Under the pieces are notes generated by a model. It searched no databases and was not told the origin of the DNA. It saw nothing but the letters and a program-made list of their open reading frames with translations. From contig CAWGVS010000008.1 of the NCBI GenBank assembly GCA_963826115.1, positions 1 to 64,000 of the forward strand: a stretch of 64,000 nucleotides of DNA. The letters run 5' to 3'. Every line of letters starts with the position of its first letter. Positions within the stretch are counted from its first letter, which is position 1. This DNA is from an uncultured Candidatus Rokubacteria bacterium (GTDB lineage: Bacteria > Methylomirabilota > Methylomirabilia > Rokubacteriales > DASRDR01). Both the position numbers and the translations under genes were made by a program. Below, one piece after another: positions 1 through 13,771 of the stretch.

Positions 1-3033
<3,033 letters not shown>

Positions 3034-3201
3034 CTATCCCCTCAGCCCCGGTGTTCCGGGGTGCTCGGAGTCAATCTGCGCACGTTCCGTCCAGCCGGCT
3101 CCGACGGCCACCGCCCGCCCGCGGGGCATTCCCCCGGAGCGACGCAAGCCCGCCATACCCGCGGCGGGCTCGGTCCGGCGCGCGACCGTCGACACGCAGC
3201 C

Positions 3202-3591
3202 CTACTTGATCTCGACGGTGGCGCCGACCTCCTCGAGCTTCTTCTTCATGTCCTCGGCCTCGGCCTTCGACACCTTCTCCTTCACCGGCTTCGGCGCCTC
3301 GTCGACGACGGCCTTGGCCTCCTTGAGGCCGAGCCCCGTCAGCTCGCGCACGACCTTGATGACCTGGATCTTCTTCTCGCCGGCCCCAGGAGCACCAGAT
3401 CGAACTCGGTCTTCTCCTCTTCGACCGCCGGGGCCGCCCCGCCCGGCATCGCCCATCCCGGGCATCGCGGCCATGGCCATGGGCGCCGCCGCCGACACGC
3501 CCCACTTCTCCTGGAGGAGCTTCGACAGCTGGGCCGCCTCCAGAAGGGTCAACTGATCCAGCTGCTCGGCCACCTGCTCGACGTTGGTCAT
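3202..3591 (-). CDS. rplL: 50S ribosomal protein L7/L12 (internal compensated frameshift, see findings)
   Basis: [23 protein letters not shown] and [21 protein letters not shown]; lies between rplJ and rpoB. Confidence 0.95.
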   Translation of the reverse strand: MTNVEQVAEQLDQLTLLEAAQLSKLLQEKWGVSAAAPMAMAAMPGMGDAGRGGPGGRRGEDRVRSGAPGAGEKKIQVIKVVRELTGLGLKEAKAVVDEAPKPVKEKVSKAEAEDMKKKLEEVGATVEIK

Positions 3592-4193
3592 CCTCTGTCC
3601 CCCTTGTCATCGGCGGAGCCCTGCGGGCCCCGTCCGTGCTCGTCCGATTCCGTCGGTGACGCCTCTTCGGCCGATTCGGCCGGGGCCTGCTTGCCCCGCT
3701 CGGCCAGAATGAATGCGAGCTCCCGCTGCGGCGCCTGGAGGAGGCCCACCAGCTGCGTGAGCGGTCCCTGGATCAGGCCCACCAGCTGCGACCGGAGCGC
3801 CTCGCGCGACGGCAGGTCCGCGACCGCCTTGAGGCCCTGGCTATCCAGGAGGTGGCCGTCGACCACGCCGACGCGGACCTGGAGCGCCGGGTTCGTCTTG
3901 GCGAACACCTGGAGCGCCTTGGCGACCGCGGCCGGGTCCTTTCGCGCGACCACGACGCCGATCGGGCCCGTGAGGTGCGGCCGGAGCGCCGCCAGCGGCG
4001 ACCCCTCGATGGCGACGCGCGCCAGCCGGTTCTTCACGACCCGGTACTCCGCGCCGGCGGCCTTCAACTGCTTCCGGAGCTCCGAGATCTGCCGGACCGT
4101 GAGCCCCCGGTACTCGGTCAGGACGGCCGCCGTGGCGCCATCCAGCCGCTTCCGCAGCTCCTCGATCGTCCCTGCTTTTTCTGCCGTGGGCAC
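3588..4193 (-). CDS. rplJ: 50S ribosomal protein L10
   Basis: [27 protein letters not shown]; synteny. Confidence 0.96.
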   Translation of the reverse strand: MPTAEKAGTIEELRKRLDGATAAVLTEYRGLTVRQISELRKQLKAAGAEYRVVKNRLARVAIEGSPLAALRPHLTGPIGVVVARKDPAAVAKALQVFAKTNPALQVRVGVVDGHLLDSQGLKAVADLPSREALRSQLVGLIQGPLTQLVGLLQAPQRELAFILAERGKQAPAESAEEASPTESDEHGRGPQGSADDKGDRG

Positions 4194-4202
4194 GTTGACC
4201 TC

Positions 4203-4907
4203 CTACAGCTTGTACTGGCTGGCGATGCGCTGCACGTCCACGTGGACGCCCGGCCCCATCGTCGTCGACACCGTGATGCTACGCAGGTACTGCCCCTTCG
4301 CCGCCGCCGGTTTGGCCTTCACCAGCGCTTCGATGATCGCGCTGGCGTTCGCCGCCAGGTCCGCGGCCGCGAACGACCGCTTGCCGACGGGCACCTGAAC
4401 GTTGCCGGCCTTGTCCACCTTGAACTCGACCTTCCCGGCCTTGACCTCCCGGATGGCCCGGGCGATGTCGAACGTCACGGTGCCGACCTTGGGATTCGGC
4501 ATGAGCCCGCGGGGCCCGAGGACCTTCCCGAGCCGCCCCACCTGACCCATGAGGTCCGGCGTCGCGACCGCGGTGTCGAACTCGAGCCAGCCGCCCTGGA
4601 TCTTCTCGACGAGGTCCTCGGCGCCGACGATGTCCGCGCCGGCCTCGCGCGCCTCGCGCTCCTTCTCGCCCTTCGCGAAGGCGATCACGCGGACCGTCTT
4701 GCCGGTCCCGTGCGGGAGGAGCACCGCACCCCGGACCATCTGATCCGCGTGCTTGGGGTTCACGCCGAGCCGCACGGCGAGCTCGACGGTCTCGTCGAAC
4801 TTCGCGTGGGCCACGCGCTTCGCGAGGTCCACGGCCTCCTCGACGGAGTAGGCCTTGTCTGCCTCGATCTGCGCGCTCGCCTTCGCGTACGCCTTCGCCA
4901 CTGGCAT
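4203..4907 (-). CDS. rplA: 50S ribosomal protein L1
   Basis: [31 protein letters not shown]. Confidence 0.98.
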   Translation of the reverse strand: MPVAKAYAKASAQIEADKAYSVEEAVDLAKRVAHAKFDETVELAVRLGVNPKHADQMVRGAVLLPHGTGKTVRVIAFAKGEKEREAREAGADIVGAEDLVEKIQGGWLEFDTAVATPDLMGQVGRLGKVLGPRGLMPNPKVGTVTFDIARAIREVKAGKVEFKVDKAGNVQVPVGKRSFAAADLAANASAIIEALVKAKPAAAKGQYLRSITVSTTMGPGVHVDVQRIASQYKL

Positions 4908-4917
4908 TCCCCGCCTC

Positions 4918-5343
4918 CTAGCCCACGACCTCGATGCCCATGCTGCGCGCGGTCCCCTCGACGATGCGCATGGCCGAGTCCACGCTGTCCGTGTTCAGGT
5001 CCACCAGCTTCGTCTGCGCGATCTCGCGGACCTGGGCCCGCGTCACCTTCGCGATCTTGATCTTGAGGGGGTTCGCCGAGGCCTTCGCGATCCCGGCCGC
5101 GCGCTTCAAGAGCACCGCCGCCGGCGGCGTCTTCACCTCGAAGGTGAACGACCGATCGGCGTAGATCGTGACGACCACGGGCAGGATGAGCCCTTCCTGG
5201 CTCCCCGTCCGCGCGTTGAACCCCTTGCAGAACTCCATGATGTTCACGCCGTGCTGGCCGAGCGCGGGCCCCACGGGCGGGGCCGGGTTGGCCTTGCCGG
5301 CCGGGATCTGGAGCTTCACGATCGCCTGAACCTTCTTCGCCAT
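4918..5343 (-). CDS. rplK: 50S ribosomal protein L11
   Basis: [26 protein letters not shown]. Confidence 0.98.
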   Translation of the reverse strand: MAKKVQAIVKLQIPAGKANPAPPVGPALGQHGVNIMEFCKGFNARTGSQEGLILPVVVTIYADRSFTFEVKTPPAAVLLKRAAGIAKASANPLKIKIAKVTRAQVREIAQTKLVDLNTDSVDSAMRIVEGTARSMGIEVVG

Positions 5344-5385
5344 GGTCCGCTAGCCTCTCCCGGTTCCCGTCTTCGCCCGCCGCAT

Positions 5386-5916
5386 CTAAGCGCGCTCGAC
5401 CTGGTAGTACTCGAGCTCCACCGGCGTCAGCCGCCCGAAGATCTGGACCATGACCTTCAGCTTGCCGCGCTCGGGGCTCATGTCCTCGATCGCCCCGTTG
5501 AAGTTCACGAACGGCCCCTCGATCACGCGCACCTTGTCGCCCTTCTGGAAGACCGACTTGGGCTTCGGCTTCTCGGCGCCGAGCTCCATCTGGTGCAGGA
5601 TCGTGTCGACCTCCTCGCGGGGCAGGGGCGACGGGCGCGTGCCCGACCCGACGAACCCCGTCACCTTCGGCGTCGACTTCACCAGGTGCCAGGAGTCGTC
5701 GGTCATCTCCATCTCCACGAGCACGTAGCCAGGAAAGAACTTCTGCTCGGTGGTGCGCCGCTGTCCCTTGCGCACCTCGACGACCGGCTCGGTCGGGATC
5801 ACGACCTGGCTGATCGCCTCTTCCTGGCCGAAGATCTTGGCCCGCTGGCGGATTGCCTCCGCCACCTTGTTCTCGAATCCCGAATACGTGTGCACGACGT
5901 ACCAGTCTCTAGACAT
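5386..5916 (-). CDS. nusG: Transcription termination/antitermination factor NusG
   Basis: WYVVHTYSGFE, FPGYVLVEM, KOW domain GDKVRVIEGPF; ATG 5916 preferred. Confidence 0.97.
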   Translation of the reverse strand: MSRDWYVVHTYSGFENKVAEAIRQRAKIFGQEEAISQVVIPTEPVVEVRKGQRRTTEQKFFPGYVLVEMEMTDDSWHLVKSTPKVTGFVGSGTRPSPLPREEVDTILHQMELGAEKPKPKSVFQKGDKVRVIEGPFVNFNGAIEDMSPERGKLKVMVQIFGRLTPVELEYYQVERA

Positions 5917-5923
5917 GCCCACC

Positions 5924-6115
5924 CTACCGGAGGACCAGTCGGACGATCCAGGTCAGGGCGTGGTCCACGACCGCGAGGAACGCGGCCAGCACCAAGACCA
6001 TGACGATCACGACACTCGTCGAGCCCGTCACTTCGCGGCGGGTCGGCCACGAGACCCGCTTGAACTCGACCAGGACGTCGTGGAAGAACTCTCGGACCTT
6101 CCTCAGTGCCTCCAT
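5924..6115 (-). CDS. secE: Preprotein translocase subunit SecE
   Basis: EFKRVSWPTRRE followed by one TM helix; between tRNA-Trp and nusG. Confidence 0.95.
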   Translation of the reverse strand: MEALRKVREFFHDVLVEFKRVSWPTRREVTGSTSVVIVMVLVLAAFLAVVDHALTWIVRLVLR

Positions 6116-6141
6116 CCCGTGTCTACGTGTCCTCGTCTGTG

Positions 6142-6218
6142 TGGCAGGGCAGGAGGGATTCGAACCCCCATCCCCCGGATTTGGAGTCCGGTGCTCTAGC
6201 CGTTAGAGCTACTGCCCT
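6142..6218 (-). tRNA. tRNA-Trp (CCA)
   Basis: AGGGCAGTAGCTC...CCGGA-CTCCAAA-TCCGG...GTTCGAATC...CCA. Confidence 0.96.
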
Positions 6219-6227
6219 GGCTCGGCC

Positions 6228-6380
6228 CTACTTCGTTTCCTTGTGCGCGGTGTGCTTCCGGCACCACCGGCAGTACTTCTTGAGCTCCAGCCGGTCCGGA
6301 TGGGTCCGGCGATTCTTCGTCTGCGTGTAGTTCCGCCGCTGGCAGTCGCCGCACGCCAAGCTGATGATCTCGCGGGGCAT
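6228..6380 (-). CDS. rpmG: 50S ribosomal protein L33 (zinc-ribbon form)
   Basis: Not in ORF track; manual translation [50 protein letters not shown]. Confidence 0.96.
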   Translation of the reverse strand: MPREIISLACGDCQRRNYTQTKNRRTHPDRLELKKYCRWCRKHTAHKETK

Positions 6381-6392
6381 GGTGTCCTCCGC

Positions 6393-7589
<1,197 letters not shown>

Positions 7590-7639
7590 CTCTCTCTATC
7601 CTCCTCGAGCGGCGCGCACCGGGCGCCTGGCAAGAGGGC

Positions 7640-7715
7640 TGGAGCCCATGACCGGACTTGAACCGGTGACCCCGTCCTTACCAAGGACGTGCTCTACCGA
7701 CTGAGCTACATGGGC
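7640..7715 (-). tRNA. tRNA-Thr (GGT)
   Basis: GCCCATGTAGCTCAG...CGTCC-TTGGTAA-GGACG...GTTCAAGTC...CCA. Confidence 0.96.
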
Positions 7716-7777
7716 CTCGATCACGTCCCAAGTCCGGGCGGGGCCAACAGCCGGCCGCTCCGTCACCGGACTGACCC

Positions 7778-7852
7778 TGGAGCGGGAAACGGGATTCGAA
7801 CCCGCGACCCCCAGCTTGGAAGGCTGGCGCTCTACCACTGAGCTATTCCCGC
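7778..7852 (-). tRNA. tRNA-Gly (TCC)
   Basis: GCGGGAATAGCTCAG...CCAGC-CTTCCAA-GCTGG...GTTCGAATC...CCA. Confidence 0.96.
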
Positions 7853-7950
7853 ATCGCGGTGCCGGGCGTCGGCCGGCGTTGCCGGCTGCTCGCCCGCGTC
7901 CGCTGTCGTTCGACGTCATCCGCTCCATCCACCCCGGCTCGGGACCACGG

Positions 7951-8037
7951 TGGTGGCGAGGGGAGGATTTGAACCCCCGAAGGCGTTCGCCAGCAGATTT
8001 ACAGTCTGCCCCCTTTGGCCAACTTGGGTACCTCGCC
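7951..8037 (-). tRNA. tRNA-Tyr (GTA)
   Basis: GGCGAGGTACCCAAG...GCAGA-CTGTAAA-TCTGC, long variable arm, ACCA end. Confidence 0.96.
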
Positions 8038-8131
8038 ATAAGAACCGTGGACTCCAGTGGGACTCGCTCCGCCGGCAGACGGCCGGCGCTGGTTACGAAC
8101 GCTTCCCGGGCGGGTTCGCCCGGCCTACCGG

Positions 8132-8206
8132 TGGAGCTGGCGAAGGGAATCGAACCCCCGGCCTGCTGCTTACAAGGCAGCCGCTCTACCCCTGAGCTAC
8201 GCCAGC
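8132..8206 (-). tRNA. tRNA-Thr (TGT)
   Basis: GCTGGCGTAGCTCAG...GCTGC-CTTGTAA-GCAGC...GTTCGATTC...CCA. Confidence 0.95.
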
Positions 8207-8221
8207 AAGCGACAAAACTTC

Positions 8222-8250
8222 ATCCTATGTACCACTCCCCTACGTGTCAA
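8222..8250 (-). promoter_or_regulatory. Sigma70 promoter of the tRNA-tuf operon
   Basis: TTGACA-17 nt-TAGGAT just upstream of tRNA-Thr(TGT). Confidence 0.8.
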
Positions 8251-9055
8251 CCCTATTCTTCCCGGCCGGGCCCGAGGGCTGGGTCCGCTGCCGCCGGATC
8301 TCGTACAGAAGGGCCGCCCCGGCGGCCGCCACGTTGAGCGAGCCCACCCGTCCGGCCAGCGGGATCCGGACCAGGAGGTCGCAGGTCCGGGCCACCAGTG
8401 GGCGGAGCCCCCGACCCTCGCTCCCTAGCACCAGGGCGACGGGCCCCCGAAGGTCCGCCGCCCACGGCGCCTGGGGGCCGTCGCGGCCATCGGGCCCCTC
8501 GGTCACCGCTCCGACGATCCAGCAGCCCTCCTGCTTCAGACGCTCGAGCGCCTGGACCAGGTTGCCGACGCGGGCCATGGGAAGGTACTCGAGCGCCCCC
8601 GAGGCGGCGCGGACCACGTGGGGGGTCAATCCCGCCGCCTGATGCCGCGGAACCAGCACCCCGTGGACCCCCAGCGCCTCCGCCGTCCGGAGGAGGTTCC
8701 CGACATTCCCGGGGTCCTGCACCTGGTCCAGCGCCAGGAACAGGGCCGGCTCGGCCCGGGCGGCCGGGATTGCCAGGACCTCGTCCAGCTCCGCGTACTC
8801 CCGGGGGGCGACCCGCGCCACCACCCCCTGGTGGTGCCCGCTCCCGGCCAGGGTCGTCAGGGCCGCACGGGGGACCCGGCTGCACCGGACGCCGGCTTGC
8901 CGGGCCAGGGCCAGGATGTCGGCGTGGCGCTCCCGGGCCTCGACCTCGACCAGCACCTCCTCGATCGGCCGGGCCCGGCTCCGGAGGGCCTCCAGCACGG
9001 GATGCCGGCCGGCCAGGATCAGGGCGCGGTCGGCGCGCCGCTCTTCGGTTTCCAC
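8240..9055 (-). CDS. rlmB: 23S rRNA (guanosine-2251-2'-O)-methyltransferase
   Basis: GRHPVLEAL, HQGVVA, LDQVQDPGNVG, LGSEGRGL, SLNVAAA (SPOUT); start estimated at GTG 9055. Confidence 0.92.
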   Translation of the reverse strand: METEERRADRALILAGRHPVLEALRSRARPIEEVLVEVEARERHADILALARQAGVRCSRVPRAALTTLAGSGHHQGVVARVAPREYAELDEVLAIPAARAEPALFLALDQVQDPGNVGNLLRTAEALGVHGVLVPRHQAAGLTPHVVRAASGALEYLPMARVGNLVQALERLKQEGCWIVGAVTEGPDGRDGPQAPWAADLRGPVALVLGSEGRGLRPLVARTCDLLVRIPLAGRVGSLNVAAAGAALLYEIRRQRTQPSGPAGKNRVDT

Positions 9056-10470
9056 TGCGTCTCGGTCGGGGTGTCCTTCAAGGTGACACCGAGGGCGTCC
9101 AGCTCCGCCCGGAGCGCGTCCGCCTGCGCCCAATCGCGCCGCCTCCGAGCCTCCTCCCGCTTCGTGACCAAGCCTTTGATGTGGTCGAGGCGGGCGGGCT
9201 CGAACACCTGCGCCCGCGCCGAGTGATGCCCCTCCATCGATAGCCCCAGCACTTTGCCCAGATCGATCAGGACCCCGACACCCTGCACGAAATCGTGTCC
9301 GCGGCGAACGCCTGCCTGGACCCGCTTCCGCTCCTCAGCCACGACCGTCGCGAGCTGATTCAGGGCGCCGATGGCTTGCGGTGTGTTGAAATCATCGTCC
9401 ATCGCGGCTTCGAACCGCTTCCGGAGCGCTGCGACCTCGGTCAGGAGAGTGCTGTCCGGAGGATCCTCGGGCTCCGTAGGCACGATCTCACCCGCTTGAT
9501 CCACAAGCTCCCGGAAGCGCTCCAGCGGGCGCCGCATCCCCCCGACCCCTTCCTCCGAGAACTCGACCGGGTTCCGGTAGTGGGTCTGAAGGAGGTAGAG
9601 CCGGAGCGCCTCGGGATCGTGCCGCGCCAGCAGCGCCCCGACGGTCAGGGTGTTTCCGAGCGACTTCGACATCTTCTCGGCCCCGAGGTTCACGAAGCCG
9701 TTGTGGAGCCAGCACCGGGCGAACGGCTTCCCCGTCGCGCCCTCGGACTGGGCGATCTCGCACGAGTGGTGCGGAAAGATCAGGTCCTCCCCCCCGCCGT
9801 GCAGGTCGATCGTCTCCCCGAGGTACTTCATCGCCATGGCCGAGCACTCGATGTGCCACCCCGGCCGGCCCGGGCCCCAGGGGCTCGGCCAGGACGGCTC
9901 GCCGGGCTTTGCCGCCTTCCAGAGCGCGAAGTCCCGGGGATCGCGCTTCCGCTCGTTCACGTCGACCCGCGCCCCCGCGAGGAGCTCATCGAGGTTCTTG
10001 CCCGACAGGCGCCCGTACGTCGGGAAGCGTCCGACCTCGAAGTACACGTCGCCGTCGATCGCGTAGGCCATGCCGCTCGCCACGAGCCGCTCGATCAGCG
10101 CCACCATCTCGGGGATGTGCTGGGTCGCCCGCGGCGCCTGGGTGGGCGCCAGGACGCCGAGCCGGGCCATGTCGGCCTCGTAGGCCCGGATGTAGCGCTC
10201 GGTCAGCTCCGCGATCGGCACCTTCAGCTGGTTCGCGCGGGCAATGATCTTGTCATCCACATCCGTGTAGTTCTTGACGAAGGTCACCCGGTAGCCCGCG
10301 TGGCCGAGGTAGCGCGCGACGACGTCGAAGACAAGGGCGCTCCGCGCGTGTCCGATGTGGGAGACGTCGTACGGCGTGATGCCGCAGACGTACATGCGCA
10401 CCTGCCCCGGCGCGAGCGGGACGAAGGGCTCTTTCTGGCGGGTCAGCGTGTTGTAGATCCTGAGGTCCAA
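9019..10470 (-). CDS. cysS: Cysteine--tRNA ligase
   Basis: YVCGITPYD.SHIGH, PGWHIECS, KMSKS. Confidence 0.98.
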   Translation of the reverse strand: MDLRIYNTLTRQKEPFVPLAPGQVRMYVCGITPYDVSHIGHARSALVFDVVARYLGHAGYRVTFVKNYTDVDDKIIARANQLKVPIAELTERYIRAYEADMARLGVLAPTQAPRATQHIPEMVALIERLVASGMAYAIDGDVYFEVGRFPTYGRLSGKNLDELLAGARVDVNERKRDPRDFALWKAAKPGEPSWPSPWGPGRPGWHIECSAMAMKYLGETIDLHGGGEDLIFPHHSCEIAQSEGATGKPFARCWLHNGFVNLGAEKMSKSLGNTLTVGALLARHDPEALRLYLLQTHYRNPVEFSEEGVGGMRRPLERFRELVDQAGEIVPTEPEDPPDSTLLTEVAALRKRFEAAMDDDFNTPQAIGALNQLATVVAEERKRVQAGVRRGHDFVQGVGVLIDLGKVLGLSMEGHHSARAQVFEPARLDHIKGLVTKREEARRRRDWAQADALRAELDALGVTLKDTPTETQWKPKSGAPTAP

Positions 10471-10548
10471 AGGTCCCCCTCAGCTCGGGCTCGGGTTCCC
10501 TCTAAGACGGGCGCCGGCCGGCCAGGGATTCCGCCGGGCCATGGCCGG

Positions 10549-11028
10549 TCATTCTGCCACCTCCACGAGCGCGACGGCCATCGCGGCGATGCCCTCCTGG
10601 CGACCGAGGGCGCCGAGCTGCTCGGCCCGCTTGGCCTTGACGCTCACCCGGTCGACGGCCACGCCGAGCGTCTCGGCGAGCCGGGCCCGCATGGCCTCGA
10701 GCCACCCGGCGAGCCGCGGCGCCTCCGCCACGACCGTCGCGTCCACGTTGACGATGCGCCCGCCGTGGCTCCGCACCCGCGTCACGACCTCGGCCAGGAG
10801 GCGGAGGCTCGAGATCCCTCGGTACCGCGGGTCCGAATCCGGAAAGTGCTGGCCGAGGTCGCCCAGCGCGAGCGCCCCGAGGAGCGCGTCCGCGACCGCG
10901 TGGGTCAGCGCGTCGGCGTCCGAATGGCCGCCGAGCCCGCGCTCGGCCGGAACCTCGACGCCTCCCAGCACGAGCGGGCGGCCCTCGACCAAGGGATGGA
11001 CATCGAACCCGAGGCCGACGCGCGTCAC
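10549..11028 (-). CDS. ispF: 2-C-methyl-D-erythritol 2,4-cyclodiphosphate synthase
   Basis: [23 protein letters not shown]; GTG 11028 overlaps ispD stop. Confidence 0.95.
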   Translation of the reverse strand: MTRVGLGFDVHPLVEGRPLVLGGVEVPAERGLGGHSDADALTHAVADALLGALALGDLGQHFPDSDPRYRGISSLRLLAEVVTRVRSHGGRIVNVDATVVAEAPRLAGWLEAMRARLAETLGVAVDRVSVKAKRAEQLGALGRQEGIAAMAVALVEVAE

Positions 11029-11753
11029 GACCGTCCCCGGCGGCGGGCGGGGACCCGTCGCGCGGGCCGCGCGAGGAGCCGCCGCGCCAGCGGCAGGTCC
11101 TCGGGACGGGTGACCTTCACGTTCCCGGGCAGGCCCGGCACGAGCTGGACCGCCGCGCCGAGCCGCTCGACCAGGGCGGCGTCGTCGGTCCCGAGGACGC
11201 CGTCGGCGGCCGCCCGGCGATGGGCCTCTCGCAGCAACTCGGCCCGGAACCCCTGAGGGGTCTGCACGGTCCACAACCCGTCGCGCGGGACGGTCTCGGC
11301 GACGCGGCCCAGCACGCCACGCTTGAGAGTCTCCGCCACCGGGAGCGCGGCGATCGCCGCGCCGTGGGCGCGCGCCGCCTCGACCACGCGGCGCACGAGA
11401 TCGCGCGTGATGCACGGGCGGGCGCCGTCATGGACCAGGATCCACGGCGTCGCCGGCGGCACCGCCGCCAGCCCGCGCGCCACCGACTCCTGCCGCTCCG
11501 CCCCCCCCGCGACCACCGCCCGGACCTTCCGGCAGGGCCGGAGGCGCCGGCGCCAGGCGCTGACGTCCTCGGCCGGGACCGCGACGACCACGCCCGCGAT
11601 CTCCGGCGCGGTCTCGAACACGTCGAGCGTCCAGCGGAGCAGCGGGCGCGCCCCCACGCGGATGTCCTGCTTCTTCCGGCCCATGCGCACGCCCCGGCCG
11701 CCCGCCGGGACCACGACCCAGACGTCCGCGCGGCCCGCTGGGGGCCGGGTCAC
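11025..11753 (-). CDS. ispD: 2-C-methyl-D-erythritol 4-phosphate cytidylyltransferase
   Basis: [37 protein letters not shown]. Confidence 0.95.
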   Translation of the reverse strand: MTRPPAGRADVWVVVPAGGRGVRMGRKKQDIRVGARPLLRWTLDVFETAPEIAGVVVAVPAEDVSAWRRRLRPCRKVRAVVAGGAERQESVARGLAAVPPATPWILVHDGARPCITRDLVRRVVEAARAHGAAIAALPVAETLKRGVLGRVAETVPRDGLWTVQTPQGFRAELLREAHRRAAADGVLGTDDAALVERLGAAVQLVPGLPGNVKVTRPEDLPLARRLLARPARRVPARRRGRS

Positions 11754-12802
11754 CGGCGGCCCGCGGTCTCTTCCTCCGCCAGGCGGGTGAAGATCATGCG
11801 CCCGGCGGCGGTCTGGAGGACCGTGTTGACCATGACGTTGACCGTCTGGCCGATGTGGCGGCGCCCCTGCTCGACGACCACCATCGTGCCGTCGTCCAGG
11901 TAGGCAACGCCCTGGCCCGCCTCCTTGCCCTCGCGGAGAACGTGGACGTGGAGCATCTCGCCGGGCAGCACGACCGGTCGGAGGGCGCCGGCGAGCTCGT
12001 TGAGGTTCAGGACGCGCACGCCGTGGAGCTCCGCCACCTTGTTCAGGTTGTAGTCGTTGGTGACGATCACGCCGCCGACGGCGCGGGCGGTCTCGATCAG
12101 GCGCGCGTCGACCTCGCGGATCTGGGGAAAGTCGAGGTCGTGGAGCTCCGTCCGGATGTCGGGCAGCCGCTGGAGGCGCTGGAGCACGTCGAGGCCGCGG
12201 CGACCGCGATTCCGCTTGAGCGGGTCGGACGAGTCCGCGATCTGCTGGAGCTCCCGGAGGACGTACTGCGGCACCAGGAGGGTGCCCTCCAGGAAGCCGG
12301 CCTGGCAGACGTCGGCGATCCGGCCGTCGATGATGACGCTCGTGTCGAGCACCTTGTAGCGGGCGTCGCCGGCGCTCGCGCCCGGGAACATGATCCGGGT
12401 GATGCCGCCGAGCTCCTCCTCGCGCCGGAGCACGAAGACGACGCCCATGTAGGCGAGGAGCAGCGACAGGAAGCCGCGCCCCCCCGCGGTGCCCGCGCCC
12501 GGCAGGAAGATGATGAGGGCCGACGCCACCAGCTGGGCCAGGAGCACACCGCCGACCGCGCCGACGGCGGAGAGGAAGAGCCGCGACATCGGCAGGCGCC
12601 GCGCGGCCTGCTCGAGGGCCACGACGGCGATGCCGGCGATCATGCCGCCCAGGACCGCGAGGGGCGTCCAGATCAGAGGCCGGGCCGGCGGGTCGAAGGA
12701 CGCCACGAGGAGATAGCCCCCGTAGCCGACCAGCGAGACGAAGATCACGCGGGCGACGGTGATGGCCGTGCTCGCGCTGCCCCTCCGCGCCTCGCCGTCC
12801 AC
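11750..12802 (-). CDS. Membrane PIN/TRAM domain protein (YacL-like)
   Basis: TM helices, LDTSVIIDGRI (PIN), TNDYNLNKVA, GVAYLDDGTMVVVE (TRAM); GTG 12802 with SD GGAGG. Confidence 0.92.
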   Translation of the reverse strand: MDGEARRGSASTAITVARVIFVSLVGYGGYLLVASFDPPARPLIWTPLAVLGGMIAGIAVVALEQAARRLPMSRLFLSAVGAVGGVLLAQLVASALIIFLPGAGTAGGRGFLSLLLAYMGVVFVLRREEELGGITRIMFPGASAGDARYKVLDTSVIIDGRIADVCQAGFLEGTLLVPQYVLRELQQIADSSDPLKRNRGRRGLDVLQRLQRLPDIRTELHDLDFPQIREVDARLIETARAVGGVIVTNDYNLNKVAELHGVRVLNLNELAGALRPVVLPGEMLHVHVLREGKEAGQGVAYLDDGTMVVVEQGRRHIGQTVNVMVNTVLQTAAGRMIFTRLAEEETAGRR

Positions 12803-12852
12803 GCCCGTCCTCCCACCCTCCATCATGCGTCGAGATCCCGCGTCCCGTGCAC

Positions 12853-13725
12853 TCATCGAGCAGGCGGGGCGACGCGCTTCCAGACGTACGGCCCGCCCCA
12901 TTCGCGGGGCGGGACCTTGCGCGTGTCGACGCGCGTGTACCACCAGTGTCCCTGGCCCGCGCTGCCGTCGTCGGACAGGGTCAGCTCGAACCCGCCCTCT
13001 CGATCATTCCCCGACTGGTGCCAGGTCCCCTCCCACGTCCGTCCGACGAGCCGGCTCGTCCGGATCTGCCCGCCCTGCCAGGTGTAGGTCCCGTTCCCGC
13101 GCGGATCCAGCGACGCCTCGTAGGTCCGGTCCGTCTCCTGGACCCGCCAGGTGCCACTCAGATCGGCCGGGGCCGTCGGCGCCGCCCCGGCGCTCGCCGG
13201 GACGGGCGCGGCGGTCGCCGGCGGCATCCCCGAAGCGGTGCGCACCGACTCGTGCCAGGCGACGAGGATCCACTCGCCGCCGCGGCGCTCGAGCACCCCG
13301 GTCTCCCGGAGCGGCACGAGCGCGCCCGGCTGGCTCCCGGGGCCGATGAAGCGGATGTAGTCGAGCTCCATCGAGAAGTAGGCGAAGTCCCCGCGGACCC
13401 ACACCTTCAGCTCGTGGATCGGCATCTCGAGCCGCGAGACCGTCTGGAACTCCTCGGCCAGCGCCTTCTCCACGGCCGCCCAGCCCACGAACTTGCTTCC
13501 GGCGATCGAGTAGTTGACGACGTCCGGGTCCTTCGCCATGTGGCGCGCCATGCCGGGGAGGTCGCGATCGGCGTTCGCCCGGACGATGGCGCGGAGGACC
13601 TCGTCCGGGCCGAGCGGCTCCGCCGCGGGGGCCGGCCGGCCGCCGGCGGCCAGGGCCAGGATGAGGGCGAGGACGCCCAGGACCCGCGCCCGCCGGCCCG
13701 CCCGATCGACCCGCCTCATCGCCAC
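12853..13725 (-). CDS. Exported NTF2/SnoaL-like domain protein with C-terminal beta-rich domain
   Basis: Signal peptide, SnoaL-like end RETGVLERRGGEWILVAWHES, Pro/Ala linker, DLSGTW domain; SD GAGAGGAG. Confidence 0.75.
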   Translation of the reverse strand: MAMRRVDRAGRRARVLGVLALILALAAGGRPAPAAEPLGPDEVLRAIVRANADRDLPGMARHMAKDPDVVNYSIAGSKFVGWAAVEKALAEEFQTVSRLEMPIHELKVWVRGDFAYFSMELDYIRFIGPGSQPGALVPLRETGVLERRGGEWILVAWHESVRTASGMPPATAAPVPASAGAAPTAPADLSGTWRVQETDRTYEASLDPRGNGTYTWQGGQIRTSRLVGRTWEGTWHQSGNDREGGFELTLSDDGSAGQGHWWYTRVDTRKVPPREWGGPYVWKRVAPPAR

Positions 13726-13771
13726 GGTCGCTCCTCTCTGGATAATCTCGCTCGCGCCCCGCGGGTTCGCT

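Noticed and set aside
7596-8428. ORFs across the tRNA cluster
   Set aside because: They overlap four clear tRNA genes of the conserved Thr-Tyr-Gly-Thr-tuf arrangement.
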